Shown here: piece after piece, positions 27,765 through 39,700 of the stretch
How the letters are laid out: each line of letters starts with the position of its first letter
How positions within the stretch are numbered: the first letter of the stretch is position 1
From: Octopus bimaculoides
Lineage: Eukaryota
DNA: 64,000 nt
Reading direction: 5' to 3'
Assembly (NCBI RefSeq): GCF_001194135.2
Contig: NC_068982.1
Span: 188,757,406 to 188,821,405 of the forward strand
Made by a program: the position numbers and the translations under genes
The notes under the pieces: generated by a model
Databases searched by the model: none
What the model saw: only the letters and a program-made list of their open reading frames with translations
Told to the model about the DNA's origin: nothing

Positions 27765-30700
27765 TACATGAATGTATGAAAACAGATGTATACATACATG
27801 TATATAAGTAAATATATGTGTGTGTGGATACAAATTATGCATACATATATATTTACGCAAACACACATACATATAGTTATACACCTGCATAAGTATATAC
27901 ATACAAAATATATTTATTTACACAAAGATGCATAAGCACATGTTTTAATCTTTCTTCCATCTTGACACACTTAGAAACAATGAAACAGAAGCACCGACCA
28001 ATACCAGATTCCTCAGAGTTGCTTTGTGAGTGTAAAATAAGATTATAAGTTGTCGGCTGATGCAAATGCCCCCCCCCCTTCCTCTCGGTCATTTTTTTTT
28101 TCTCCCCCTCTTACCTCTCTTCATCCCTTTCACACCATGTGTGCATTTGTGCGTGTGTTTTTATCGTGTCTACCATCTCCTGTTGAGAGTAGTGACTTAG
28201 TAAAGTGTGCCTAATATATAATTGATATATCAGGCCATGATTTATGTGCTCAGAGGAAGGAGGAGGAGGGGAGGAAGGTTTCTTCTATGAACACACAGAA
28301 ATATCTTTGCTTGAAAGTCTGTAACTATGCACAATTGCACACACACATGCATGTAAATGTACGTGTGTGTGTGTGTGTGTACTGATAGATAGATGTATCT
28401 TTTATGTGCAACAGAAGTAGTATTAAATTAAAATAAACACCTGTGTATCATACTTAATGTAGAACCATTGTGAAAGGCAAATTGTGGAATTCATCAAGAA
28501 ATAATCTCATATGGACATCGGAGACCCTCCAAGGTACAAGTCCGGGCAAGGTTGTTTATGGAAGACCAGCAGTCACTCATGCATATCAACCTCCCCTCTC
28601 CACGCCACCAATCGCCCAAGATAAAGGCAAGGGCTGATACAGTCTGGCACCAGTGATGTCGCAACTCATTTCTACAGCTGAGTGAACTGGAGCAACGTGA
28701 AATAAAGTGTCTTGCTCAAGAACATGACATGCAGCTCAGTCTGGGAATCGAACTCACAACCTCATGGTCATAAGTTCAACGCTCTAACCACTGAGCCATG
28801 CGCCTTCACATATGGACATACTGATTTAAAAACACAATTATATCATTAGTAGATGAAAATCATCTAACGGCAGTTGTGAGAATGCTTGATGTGCATTTTT
28901 GCCTCACTGGACTTTGTCAGCAGCATCTATCCACTGCTTTTTGCCATTTATCTGCATTAAGTATGATATACAGATGGTTGTTTTAACTTAATACTGTTTC
29001 TGTTGCATATAATGAATTTTTATTCAGCCATGATGGTTAGTTGCAACACTAGTGATTTTTTTCAAGGTGCCACAGAAAAAGTACTCAATACGCTCTGTAA
29101 AGTGGCTGATATCAGGAAGGGCATCCAGCTGTAGAAACCATGTCAAAATAGACAGTGAACCTGGTGTGGCTCCTGGCCTTGCCATCCCCTGTTGAACCAT
29201 GCAACCTATGCCAGCATGGAAGATGGACATTAACCCTTTTGTTACCATATTTCTGTTGAGATGTTCTGTGTTTCTTTCACTTACTTTAAATATAACAAAG
29301 AATTTAGTAAAATAACTTAGTTATCGTTCAGCTAGTGTTAGGAACATTAATTGTGACTAAGGTTTGGAGGAAGATTGTAATTCAAAACTTATGAAAACAA
29401 GACATTTTGTACTACAGAGCCAGAGCAGGCTTCAGCCGGGTTGGTAATGAAAGGGCTAAATGTCTCTCGTATTAGTAGCAACAAATTTTGTCTTAGTATT
29501 TTGCTTGCAAAGATTGTGCTGTTAGGAGAGAGTTGATCTGTATGAAGAATGATGATTGGTTGAAGATGTGCCAGCATGCAAAAGAAGAAAATCATAGAAA
29601 GAAATGGTAAAAGCATCACATGATGCTGAATCTGTTGCAAGAGATGACAGAGAGAGCAACAAATGATGAAACATTCCGAGTAAATCCATGTTATGTTAAT
29701 GGAAAAAAACAGAGGCAAAATGATGACATATAATAAATGTAGATAAAAATTTATAAAAGAAGATGGGACGAACAGGTTTTAATCCCAACAATTATTTCTG
29801 TGCATTGGTAACAGCTGGTAGTTGCTGAGTTTTCCATATACTATTACATAAATTATTATATAAATAATTACATACATAAATATGATCCAATGATGGCATA
29901 TGGTAGCTGGTAAATGTATAGGAGCTTTGAAATGCATGTTACGAGGTTGATGACAGTACTGCCTGATTGGCACTCGTGCCAGTGGAACATTAAAAGCACA
30001 TCCGAGCGTGATCATTGCCAGGGCCATGGATTGGCTCCTGTGCCAGTGACATGTGAAAAGCACCATTTGAGCATGATCATTGCCAGCGTCACCTTACCGG
30101 CACATGAAAACAACATTTGAGCGTGGTCGTTGCCAATGCCGCCAGACTGGCTCCCGTGCAGGTAGCACGTAAAAAATACCTTTTGAACATGGTTGTTGCC
30201 TGAACCACCTGACTGGCCCTCATGCTGGTGGCACGTAAAAGCACCCACTACACCCTCGGAGTGGTTGGCATTAGCAAGGGCATCCAGCTGTAGAAACTTT
30301 GCCAGATCAGATTGGAGCCTGGGTGCAGCCTTCTGGCTCACCAGTCCTCACTCGAACTGTCCAACCCATGCCAGCATGGAAAGCGGACATTAAACAACGA
30401 CGATGATGATGATGATGATAAACATACATGAGGATGTAGCAGGAACAAGTGGCTGGGCAAAGAAGGAGAACAATTTTAATGTCCTCTATTTGGGACAGCA
30501 ATTATTTAAGTGTATCTAATTAAGACAGCTGCTTCCTCTTTTAACAATTAACTCATTGACAGACACTCTTGTCATCAATTCCTATAGAAATATTGTAGAT
30601 GGGAGTGGATGCTACATGGAGAGGCGTGGGTTTGTACGATTAGGTTATGTATCATGTCATCTGCTAAACATCAGTCACTGACTTTATATCACCAAACACA

Positions 30701-33700
30701 TTGGTATGTCCATACTTACACACAGAAATACATACATACCCATAAAAACATACACGCAGGCACATGTGGTGTATATAGGGAGGGTTTCCTAATATATGCA
30801 CACACATACACATGTATAAATAATTACTAGATTGAACTAAATTTTAAATATTTTGCTTTCCATTTCTTTGAAGTTAAAATGATAAACAATTTTAATACAA
30901 CTTAAAATATATGCTCTTCATCATGATGCCCACATCCTTGTGGGTTGACTAGGTCCGTATCAGCACAGAATCTCACCACTTATGGTTCTTTGTCATCTCT
31001 TTCTGTGAGACCCGGCATCATGAGATCAGATCTAATCAATTTTTCCCACTATTTCAATCTTCCTCAATATATTTACAAGTAACAGCATAAGTAGTAGTAG
31101 TATAAACAGTGATGAGTACTCAATAAATAGTAGAGTAAAGTTATAATTGAAGTTGACCCCCTCCCTTGTTAAAAATGGAGAAGAGAAGATGTTAAAGTAT
31201 ATAAGAGAAGTTTAATTCATGCAGACAATCGTTTCGTACAGAGATATAAAAATCATGCAAATTCATGATTGAATTGAATTAATTAAATCAATTAAATTAA
31301 TTATATGTGAATGTACTCTTCAGTGCAAGAAGCATAAACAAAATTTTTACAAAGGACTTAAGAAAGGAAGTAGCAGAATAGGATCTTGGAGATTCATATT
31401 TATCCTCATGAGAAAGAAAGAGATGTGTTAGTCCAGTTAGGTATTAACTAAAACTAAAGGCTATAATGGTTATTTGAGAATATAAGTAAAAGAGGATTCA
31501 GAGACGTTCCCTCTATAGATGGGTAAGGAGGTTAGAAATTTTAACTCCCAATAAGTCGTGTAAGGCAAAAATTGTATAGAAATGTCCAATGGAAAGGCAC
31601 GGCTATGTTTGAATTAAGATATGACCTGACAGTTAGAAACAATACTTAGTGTGGTGTATATACACACACACACACACACACAGACATTGATATATATGTG
31701 TGTCTTTATGTCTGTTTCCGCCCACCACTGCTTTTCAGCCAATGTTCGTGTATAAGTCCCCATAACTTAGACTTAGCAGTTTGGCAAGAGAGACTGACAG
31801 AATAAGTTCCATGTTTAAAAATAAAAGTAGTTGGGTTGATTTTTTTCAACTGAAATTCTTCAAGGTGCTGCCCCAGCATGGCCACAGTCTAATGACTGAA
31901 AGAAGTGATAGAAGATTGTGTGTGACATGAGAGTTTGTAGACAAGTGTTACCTCCATACAAGCAGTGTCACTCACTTCCAATCTTCTGTGAAAACATGTC
32001 TGTGCATGGGAAAATGCTAACTTGGAAACAGGTAAGGGTTGGTGACAGGAAGAGCATCCAGCTGTAGAAAATCTGCCAAAATTAATTTCATTTCACTCAT
32101 GCAAGTATGGAAAAGGGAACAGTAAAATGACGATGATGAACTATTTATCATCATGTGAAGTTCGCTACACAACCATGCTTGTGCCCACACACACACACAC
32201 CTCTGCTGGCATTTCTAACCATTCACAATGCAAATATCTATATTCACATGCACATCTCATCCTGTTCCTATCAACACAGATACCTCACTTCATAATCTAT
32301 TGAGCTGACACTTCTACATAATCATTGATATCAAAATCACTGATGTGGCCGACACAGTACTGCCTGATTGGCACTTGTGCCAGTGGAACATTAAAAACAC
32401 CATCAGAGCGTGATCATTGCCAAGGCCACTGACTGGCTCCTGTGCTGATAGCATGTAAAAAGTACCATATGAGCGTGATCATCGCCAGCGTCACCTTATT
32501 GGCACATATGCTGGTGGCACGTGAAAAAGAACATGTGAGCGTAGTCATTGTCAGTGCCGCCAGACTGGCTCCCATGCAAGTGGCATGCAAAAAAACACCT
32601 TTTGAGCACAGTTGTTGCCAGTACCTCCTGATTGGCCCTTGTGTCGGTGGCACATAAAAAGCACCCACTACACTCTCTGAGTGGTTGGTGTTAGGAAGGG
32701 CATCCAGCTGTAGAAACTTTGCCAGATCAGATTCGAGCCTGGTGCAGCCTTCTGGCTCGCCAGTTCTGTCAAACCGTCCAACCCATGCCAGCATGGAAAA
32801 CAGACGTTAAAAAATGATGATCATCATCATACTCCATCATTCAGTTCAGACTGACATTGTTGATGCTTTCAAAATTCAGTAGGTATTACTGTTTTTGCTA
32901 GAAAACATATCAGAATGCTTGCATCTGTGTGAGTTTATAAATGCAGCCTGTCTTTAAAATCGACTAAACATCATCTGAATGCCTGTAGGCATTATATGAT
33001 TATCTGTGTGTGATTTTATATGCATGTCTCCTGAGGCTATTTGTGTTCCATACAACCTAAAATTATGTATGTATGTGTCTGAGAATCCATTAAAACCAAC
33101 AAATCAGAGAAGGGAAACCTCAAAATCAAGCCTCTATCACATCATGGGTAACATTTCATTGGAAAAGTCTAGGCTTCCTGTTGTAAAATGATTGATGATG
33201 ATGATGATGGTAACGATGCATGTGTATTCACACACACATAATTATCAAAATTTTTATATTTATTGTCTGAGGTGTCTGTTATCATTTAACGCCTGTGTTC
33301 CATGCTGGCATGAGTTGGATGGTTTGACAGGTTCTGGCAAGGCTGAGGGCTTTGTTGCTATACAGCAGTGGCCCCCAACCTTTTCACAATGGTGCTCAAC
33401 CCTTCTATTTGAATGAGTTTTCTCACGGACCCCTTTTACTGTGCTTATCTTTATATATATATATGAGTGGTTGGCGTTAGGAAGGGCATCCAGCTGTAGA
33501 AACTCTGCCAAATTTAGATTGGAGCCTGGTGTTGCCATCCGGTTTCACCAATCCTCAGTCAAATCGTCCAACCCATGCTAGCATGGAAAGTGGACGTTAA
33601 ACGATGATGATGATGATGATATATAGTTAGAATTTACAAAAAAATAAACAAAACAAAAGACAAAGACGGGTGTGTAAACAACAAAAAGATGTATTAGTTT

Positions 33701-36700
33701 AACGCTCAGGAAGTAAGAAAATCTTTTGTTTCGAGCCTATGCTCTTTGACAGAAAGGAACACAGAAATAAAGAGGGAGAGAAAATAGAAAAAGTTTTAGT
33801 GGCTAGCGATTGAATTTAGTTTATGGACCTCCAGTACTATATTTGTGGCCCATTAGAAGTCCGCAGACCCCAGGTTGGGAACCACTGGTATACAGTGTCT
33901 GGTTTGGCAAGGTTTGTACGGCTGGATGCCCTTCCTCCCATCAGCCACTTTACAGTGTGCACTGGGTGCTTTTTATGTGTCATTAGCAGTAGTGATGTCA
34001 CCAAGTAATTCACAAGATGAGACCCCTTGACAGAGTGGGAGTGCAGTATTGAGGGAAGTGGCTTTGTGCCAGGTGCAGGAATGTGGGACTAGAATAGGTG
34101 TCTTGCTGTAGAGGAAATACATGGGTAACCAAGCAAGAAAGAGAGAAATGGTGGTGGTGGTGGTGGTGGTGGTGATGATGGTATCAAGGCCTACCCTCAA
34201 GGTACAAGAAATGGATAGAGAGAGAATTGGGGCACAGAGGGTGGCAAGATGGAGAGGTAGGACCATGAGAGTGTGGAAGAACAACAGAGTAGAGATGAGG
34301 ACAAAAGTGGAAGCTGTGAATCTCAGTTTGTGGGGAGTGGAAGGGAAATAGGAGTGGGTCATGGATGGGGAAGTGATAAGTGGTAATAAATGCATAAAAG
34401 AAAGTGGAGGCTGGAGAGTAATAGTAAAATGAAACCATGGCTGCAAAATAGCGAGATGAGGTAAAGTGTTGGTGATAGAGTGGATGTACAGTGACAGAAG
34501 ACAGAGGTACATAGGGGTGGATATAGCAAATTACAAAAAAAAGGGGCATTGATGGCAGATATGAGAGGAGTGTTCAGTGGACATCTGGTGGTAAGGGATG
34601 ATGTTGTGAGTTCAGGATGGGTGGTAAGCAAAGTGGTTCCAAGGCAGTAATACTGGTAGCACATAAAAAGGAATATGTAAAGATCTGTTCTCATATAATT
34701 ACAACAGTAAAGAAATAGTTAGAAGGGTGACAAAGAGGTGGGTGTTACAAAGATGGGATGGCTTGACAGGTACAAATTTGGAGTGGGGTATAGAGATTAA
34801 CAACATGCTTTGAAAATCTCATTTTTACCAAGTTAGATGGGTCTCCTTGAGCACAGAAAATCACCAGTCATCTTGGCCCTTGTCATTTTCGTGAAGCTCA
34901 ACATCCTGAGGTCAGTCTTCACTATTTCATCCCACATCTTCCTGGGTCTCCCTCCACTTTTAGTGATATCCAGCTGTCCTCATCCATATGTATCATATGA
35001 CTATACTAGCATAGTCTTCTCTCTTTCACATTGCATCTCTTGTCTCTTTCACATTGCATCTCTTGTCTCTTTCACATTGCATCTCTTGTCTCTTTCACAT
35101 TGCATCTCTTGTCTCTTTCACATTGCATCTCTTGTCTCTTTCACATTGCATCTCTTGTCTCTTATGCCCTGTACATTCACACTGACACTGCACTTCAAGT
35201 GGAACATTCACTTCTTGTCTTCACATGTCCTGTTTCACTTCCATGTAACATTATTGTTCATAAACTAACATCATACAATCTACCCTTCACCCTAAGAGAG
35301 AGGCCATTAGTTACCACTGGTTTTGTTGAAACTGATGGATTCATTTATTTAGTATCTTAGAGCCAAGCATTTACATACATACATACAGTGACCTGAGAAT
35401 ATTACACCACATTGACAAAAATATGGCAGTTGGAGTTCTCCTCTTACAACAAGACCGTACCTTGCATTGCATTTGCATACCGGTGCCGATCCCAGATTTG
35501 GGATACTCGACTGCTCTGTAGAGGAAATCTATTCCTTAGATATTAAAACCTGCAAGGTCCTACATCAACTGGAAATGTCTACAGAAACAGTGATATTGAC
35601 AGGTTCTATCTAAGAAGAGATGAAGAAGGTAAAGACTCAAGATCAGAGCAGACAGCCTTCAAAAGCCATAGATTATTTCCCAAGCAGCAAAAATGAATAT
35701 ATAAACCTTGTGTTGAAAAGCAAATGGAAGAATATCCTATGAGTCGGATTAACGTACTTCAAAGAAGACCCACATGTGAATCACTCAGCATACCAAAAGA
35801 AGAACAAAAAAGGGCCATGCATAGATATGTTTCCCCAGAGTCTTGAAGATGACACTATTTAAGGGCATGAAGGTGCAGCCTTTCTTGGACTTATGACCAC
35901 CACATTACACGTAGGAGACAGCTAGGATAAATAAACAAGACAGTAAAACAATTGGAGCCTCAAGATGCGATTGAAAAATGCTGATTATGTCACATTTCTG
36001 TGGGAGACATCACATATGATCAGCAGAGCCTGTCGGATGTGTTATCAAGGTGCTACCACCTAATGCACTGAAATAATATACAAGGACATTTGGAAAAAAA
36101 AAAAAAGAAAAAAAGAAGTGTCATGGAAAAAATATAGAGAAACCCCTCTGTTACTGAATACATAGAGAAACCTCATCAATACAAGTGCAAGCCTAACAGG
36201 TCCGATATAGTCATTTCAGACTACCAAGAAGTTATGTACTGTGATAGAGGTCAACTGCCCTGTTGATAGGAATACCACTTTGAAAATCATAAAGAAACAG
36301 GATAACTACAGACAACTGCTTTGAAACCTCCAGCTTCTAAATTTATATTTACACCAATAATAATTTGCGCACTTTGTTTTGTTAGTGAATGTCTAAGTGA
36401 CAATCTGGATAAGCTGAGGTTGTCAGAAAAAGAAATCATCCAGCTAACATATCATTACAAATACAATTTGTAAATAGAACAGTAAAAATATACAAGACTG
36501 TTCTGAAGTTCAGCATGTGACATTGTCTTTGTTATCTACATTTCAACGATGGAATTTTATAGCTTTATTAGAAACCAACTCCTTCCTTACCGGAGGACTT
36601 CAAATAATTAAAAATAGAAAAGAACATACAACACACACACACACACACACACATGTATATATCTACAAACATATATTAATTTAAAAACATACACAAACAT

Positions 36701-39700
36701 GCATTTATGTAAACAAGTATTTATACATACAAATCTTCATATATATACATATATGTACATGTGCACATGTATATATAAAAACCTATAAACCTTACCAAAG
36801 CTGACCTCACCTGTGCTTGTTCCATGTAAAAAGCACTAAGTCCACTCTGCTGAGTGGTTGGTGTTAGGAAGGGCATCCAACTGTAAAAACCCTGCTAAAA
36901 CAGTCACAGAAGTCTGGTGCAGGCTTCTGCCTGGCTGGCTCTTGTGGTACCGTCCCACCCTTGCTAGCATGGAAGGCAGATGTTAAACAATGAAGAAACA
37001 TATATTTATTTATCTACATACATCATCATTTGAAGGTCTACTTATCCATGTTTCCATGGATCAGACTGAGTTTATTTAGGCAGTTCTTCTACACTTGAAG
37101 CCCTCATCTGTCTGCCAGCCCTCATCTGTTTCCAAGTAAGGTAATATTTTCCCCACGGCCAGATAATTATTTGCAGAACGTTTGAAATGAATGATGCTTT
37201 TGTATGATAGCGACGCTCGTTTACAACTATCACATGATGTAGAAACAAAGAGACAAACACACACACACACATATATCATGGACTTTTTTCAGTTTCTCTC
37301 TACCAAATCCACTCACAAGGCTTTGGTTGACTTGGGGTTATAGTAGAAGACACTTGCCCAAGGTGTCACGTAGTGGAATTGAACCTGGAACCATGTGATT
37401 GGGAAGTAAACTTCTCAACCACACCTCCTTACAAATATCTATATATTTATAAACACAAACTTACACTGTTACATGTACACATATATCTACAACCACTTAC
37501 ACACACGTGTGTATACATGTATCCATAATGGTTTATGTATTAGCATATCTACATACATTCTTCACATTAGAAAGGACAAAGAAACACAAGATACAAGACA
37601 GAAGCAGCCATTTCCATACCTTTTTATCCTTGAAGATGGAATTTCCATTTCAAATTAAATCCGGCTCTTTTACTTTTATGTTTTCTATATAACTGTGTGC
37701 GTGTGCGTGTGTGTCTCTAAGAATCTCTTTAAGAAAAGAAAGGACCTGACGTTCACAAAAAGAAAAGAGGCTGTGGAATATGATAAATCTAAACTCAATT
37801 CTACCATCTTCTTATTTTTACTTTTGTTACTGAATTTTTTTTTTTTTAATACCGAATTTCTTATTATCATTATTATTATTATTATTATAATGGCAGGAAC
37901 ACTTTGTACTGAATTCACAAGTGCTTAAATAACATTTCAGCGTCCTACAAGTTAATTTACCGTTGATAATGAGTGAAAAGTTATAATGATGATGATAATA
38001 ATAATAATGATAATAATAATATTCTGCCCTTTCAAACTGTATTTTCTCTGTTTTCGTCTGTGGAATCCACTTAATGAGTTGTCTAATTTCTACAAGTGGT
38101 CACAGAAAGAGGAAGAAAAATAAGAAGAAAAAAAAAGGAGAGAGAAAAAAGAAAACCCCAACGAAACTAGCCATTAATGACATCTAATAAATAACCGACG
38201 AGGTTGAACCTAACGAAGGAGACGACAAACAAACAACTGTAACAAGTGGTGAGCTGCTGCAGTGGAGAAAACTTGGCCAATCAACGCAAACAGAAAAAAC
38301 GGATGTGAAAACACGATGATGATGAAGATGGGAGTGGGGAGGCTATATACATATGCTTTGTGCTTTTTTTTGCTTTCTTTTTGCTTTTATTTTAGCCAGA
38401 AACGTCATTTGTTCCTGTATTTGTGGCAAAAGGTCCGAGTTCAGTCCTTACCTCTGTCTTTCTTATTCTTTTTTTTCTTCTTTTTACTTGTTTCAGTCAT
38501 TTGACTGTGGCCATGCTGGAGCACTGCTTTTAATCGAACAAATCGACCCCCAGGACTTACTCTTTGTAAGCCTAGTACTTATTCTATCGGTTTCTTTTGC
38601 CGAACTGCTAAGTTACAGATACGTAAACATGCCAACATCGGTTGTCAAGTGATGGTGGGGAAAGGGGACAAACACAGACAAATACACACACACACACACA
38701 CACGACAAGCTTCTTTCAGTTTCCGCCTGTCAAATCCACTTGCCCAAGGTGCTGCACAGTGGGACTGAATCCGGAACCATGTGACTGGGAAGCAAGCATC
38801 TTACTACACAGCCACTCCTGTTCCTAGATTCTAACTTTCTACCTTTTATTTATATTACAAGCATTGAGCTGGCAGAATTGTTACTCTGCTGGACAAAATA
38901 TTTACCAGAATTTCTTTCAGTTTTTTTCATTTGTGTGTGTGTGGGTGTACATCATCATTTAATATCCATTTCCCATGCTGGCAACGCCAGGAGCTGCAGC
39001 ATGTGCCAATCGTCTGTTTTGGCTTGGTTTCTATAGCGGATGTGCTTTTTAATGTCAACCACTATCCAGAGTGTACTGGATACTTTTTATGTGGAACCAG
39101 CCCCAGGGATTTTTATGTGACACCAGCACCAGGTGAGGTTTGGCAACAGGAAAAGCATCTGGCTATAGAAAATTCTGCCTCAATTCCATCCAACCCATGC
39201 AAGCATGGAAAAGTGGACATTAAAATGATGTATGTCTATTAAATAAGGAAACATAGGTATTGTGTGTGTGTGTGTTTGTATAGTGAGAATTTACAAAAAG
39301 ATGAAGACAGGTGTGTAAACAACAAACAGATATATTAGTTTAATGCTTGGGAAGTGAGAAAGTCTTTTACGTTTTGAACCTACGCTCTTCAACAGAAAGG
39401 AACACAGAAATAAGCAGAGAGAGAAAAATCGTAAAAGTTTTAGTGTTTAGCGATCTACCATGGTGAATCATGCATGGGTATGTGTGTTAAACAACAACCA
39501 CTAAGAGACAGGTATTGTAAGCAAATTACCTTTCAATGACCTTTGACATACGCATCCTTGGTTTTTCTAGAGAGGCTGTCAGATTGTTTACCTGAAATGA
39601 GAAAACAGTAGAAATATGTAGATTGGAGATTTCCTTCTAAGTCTTTCTTTGTTTTTTTCTCTCTCCCTACCCTTTAAAACATTGGTTATCAACCAGGGTC

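Noticed and set aside
27877-28092. ORF with KMEERLKHV, superficially like an R7 N-terminus, and a GTAAAT donor
   Set aside because: That frame is phase 0 at the donor and cannot join exon 25389. The alternative MCLCIFV frame has no other support.
36591-36597. 7-nt microexon-like TCCTCCG between tttgaag and gtaagg (minus strand)
   Set aside because: Weak GAG-type acceptor, frame-shifting length, and no supporting context.
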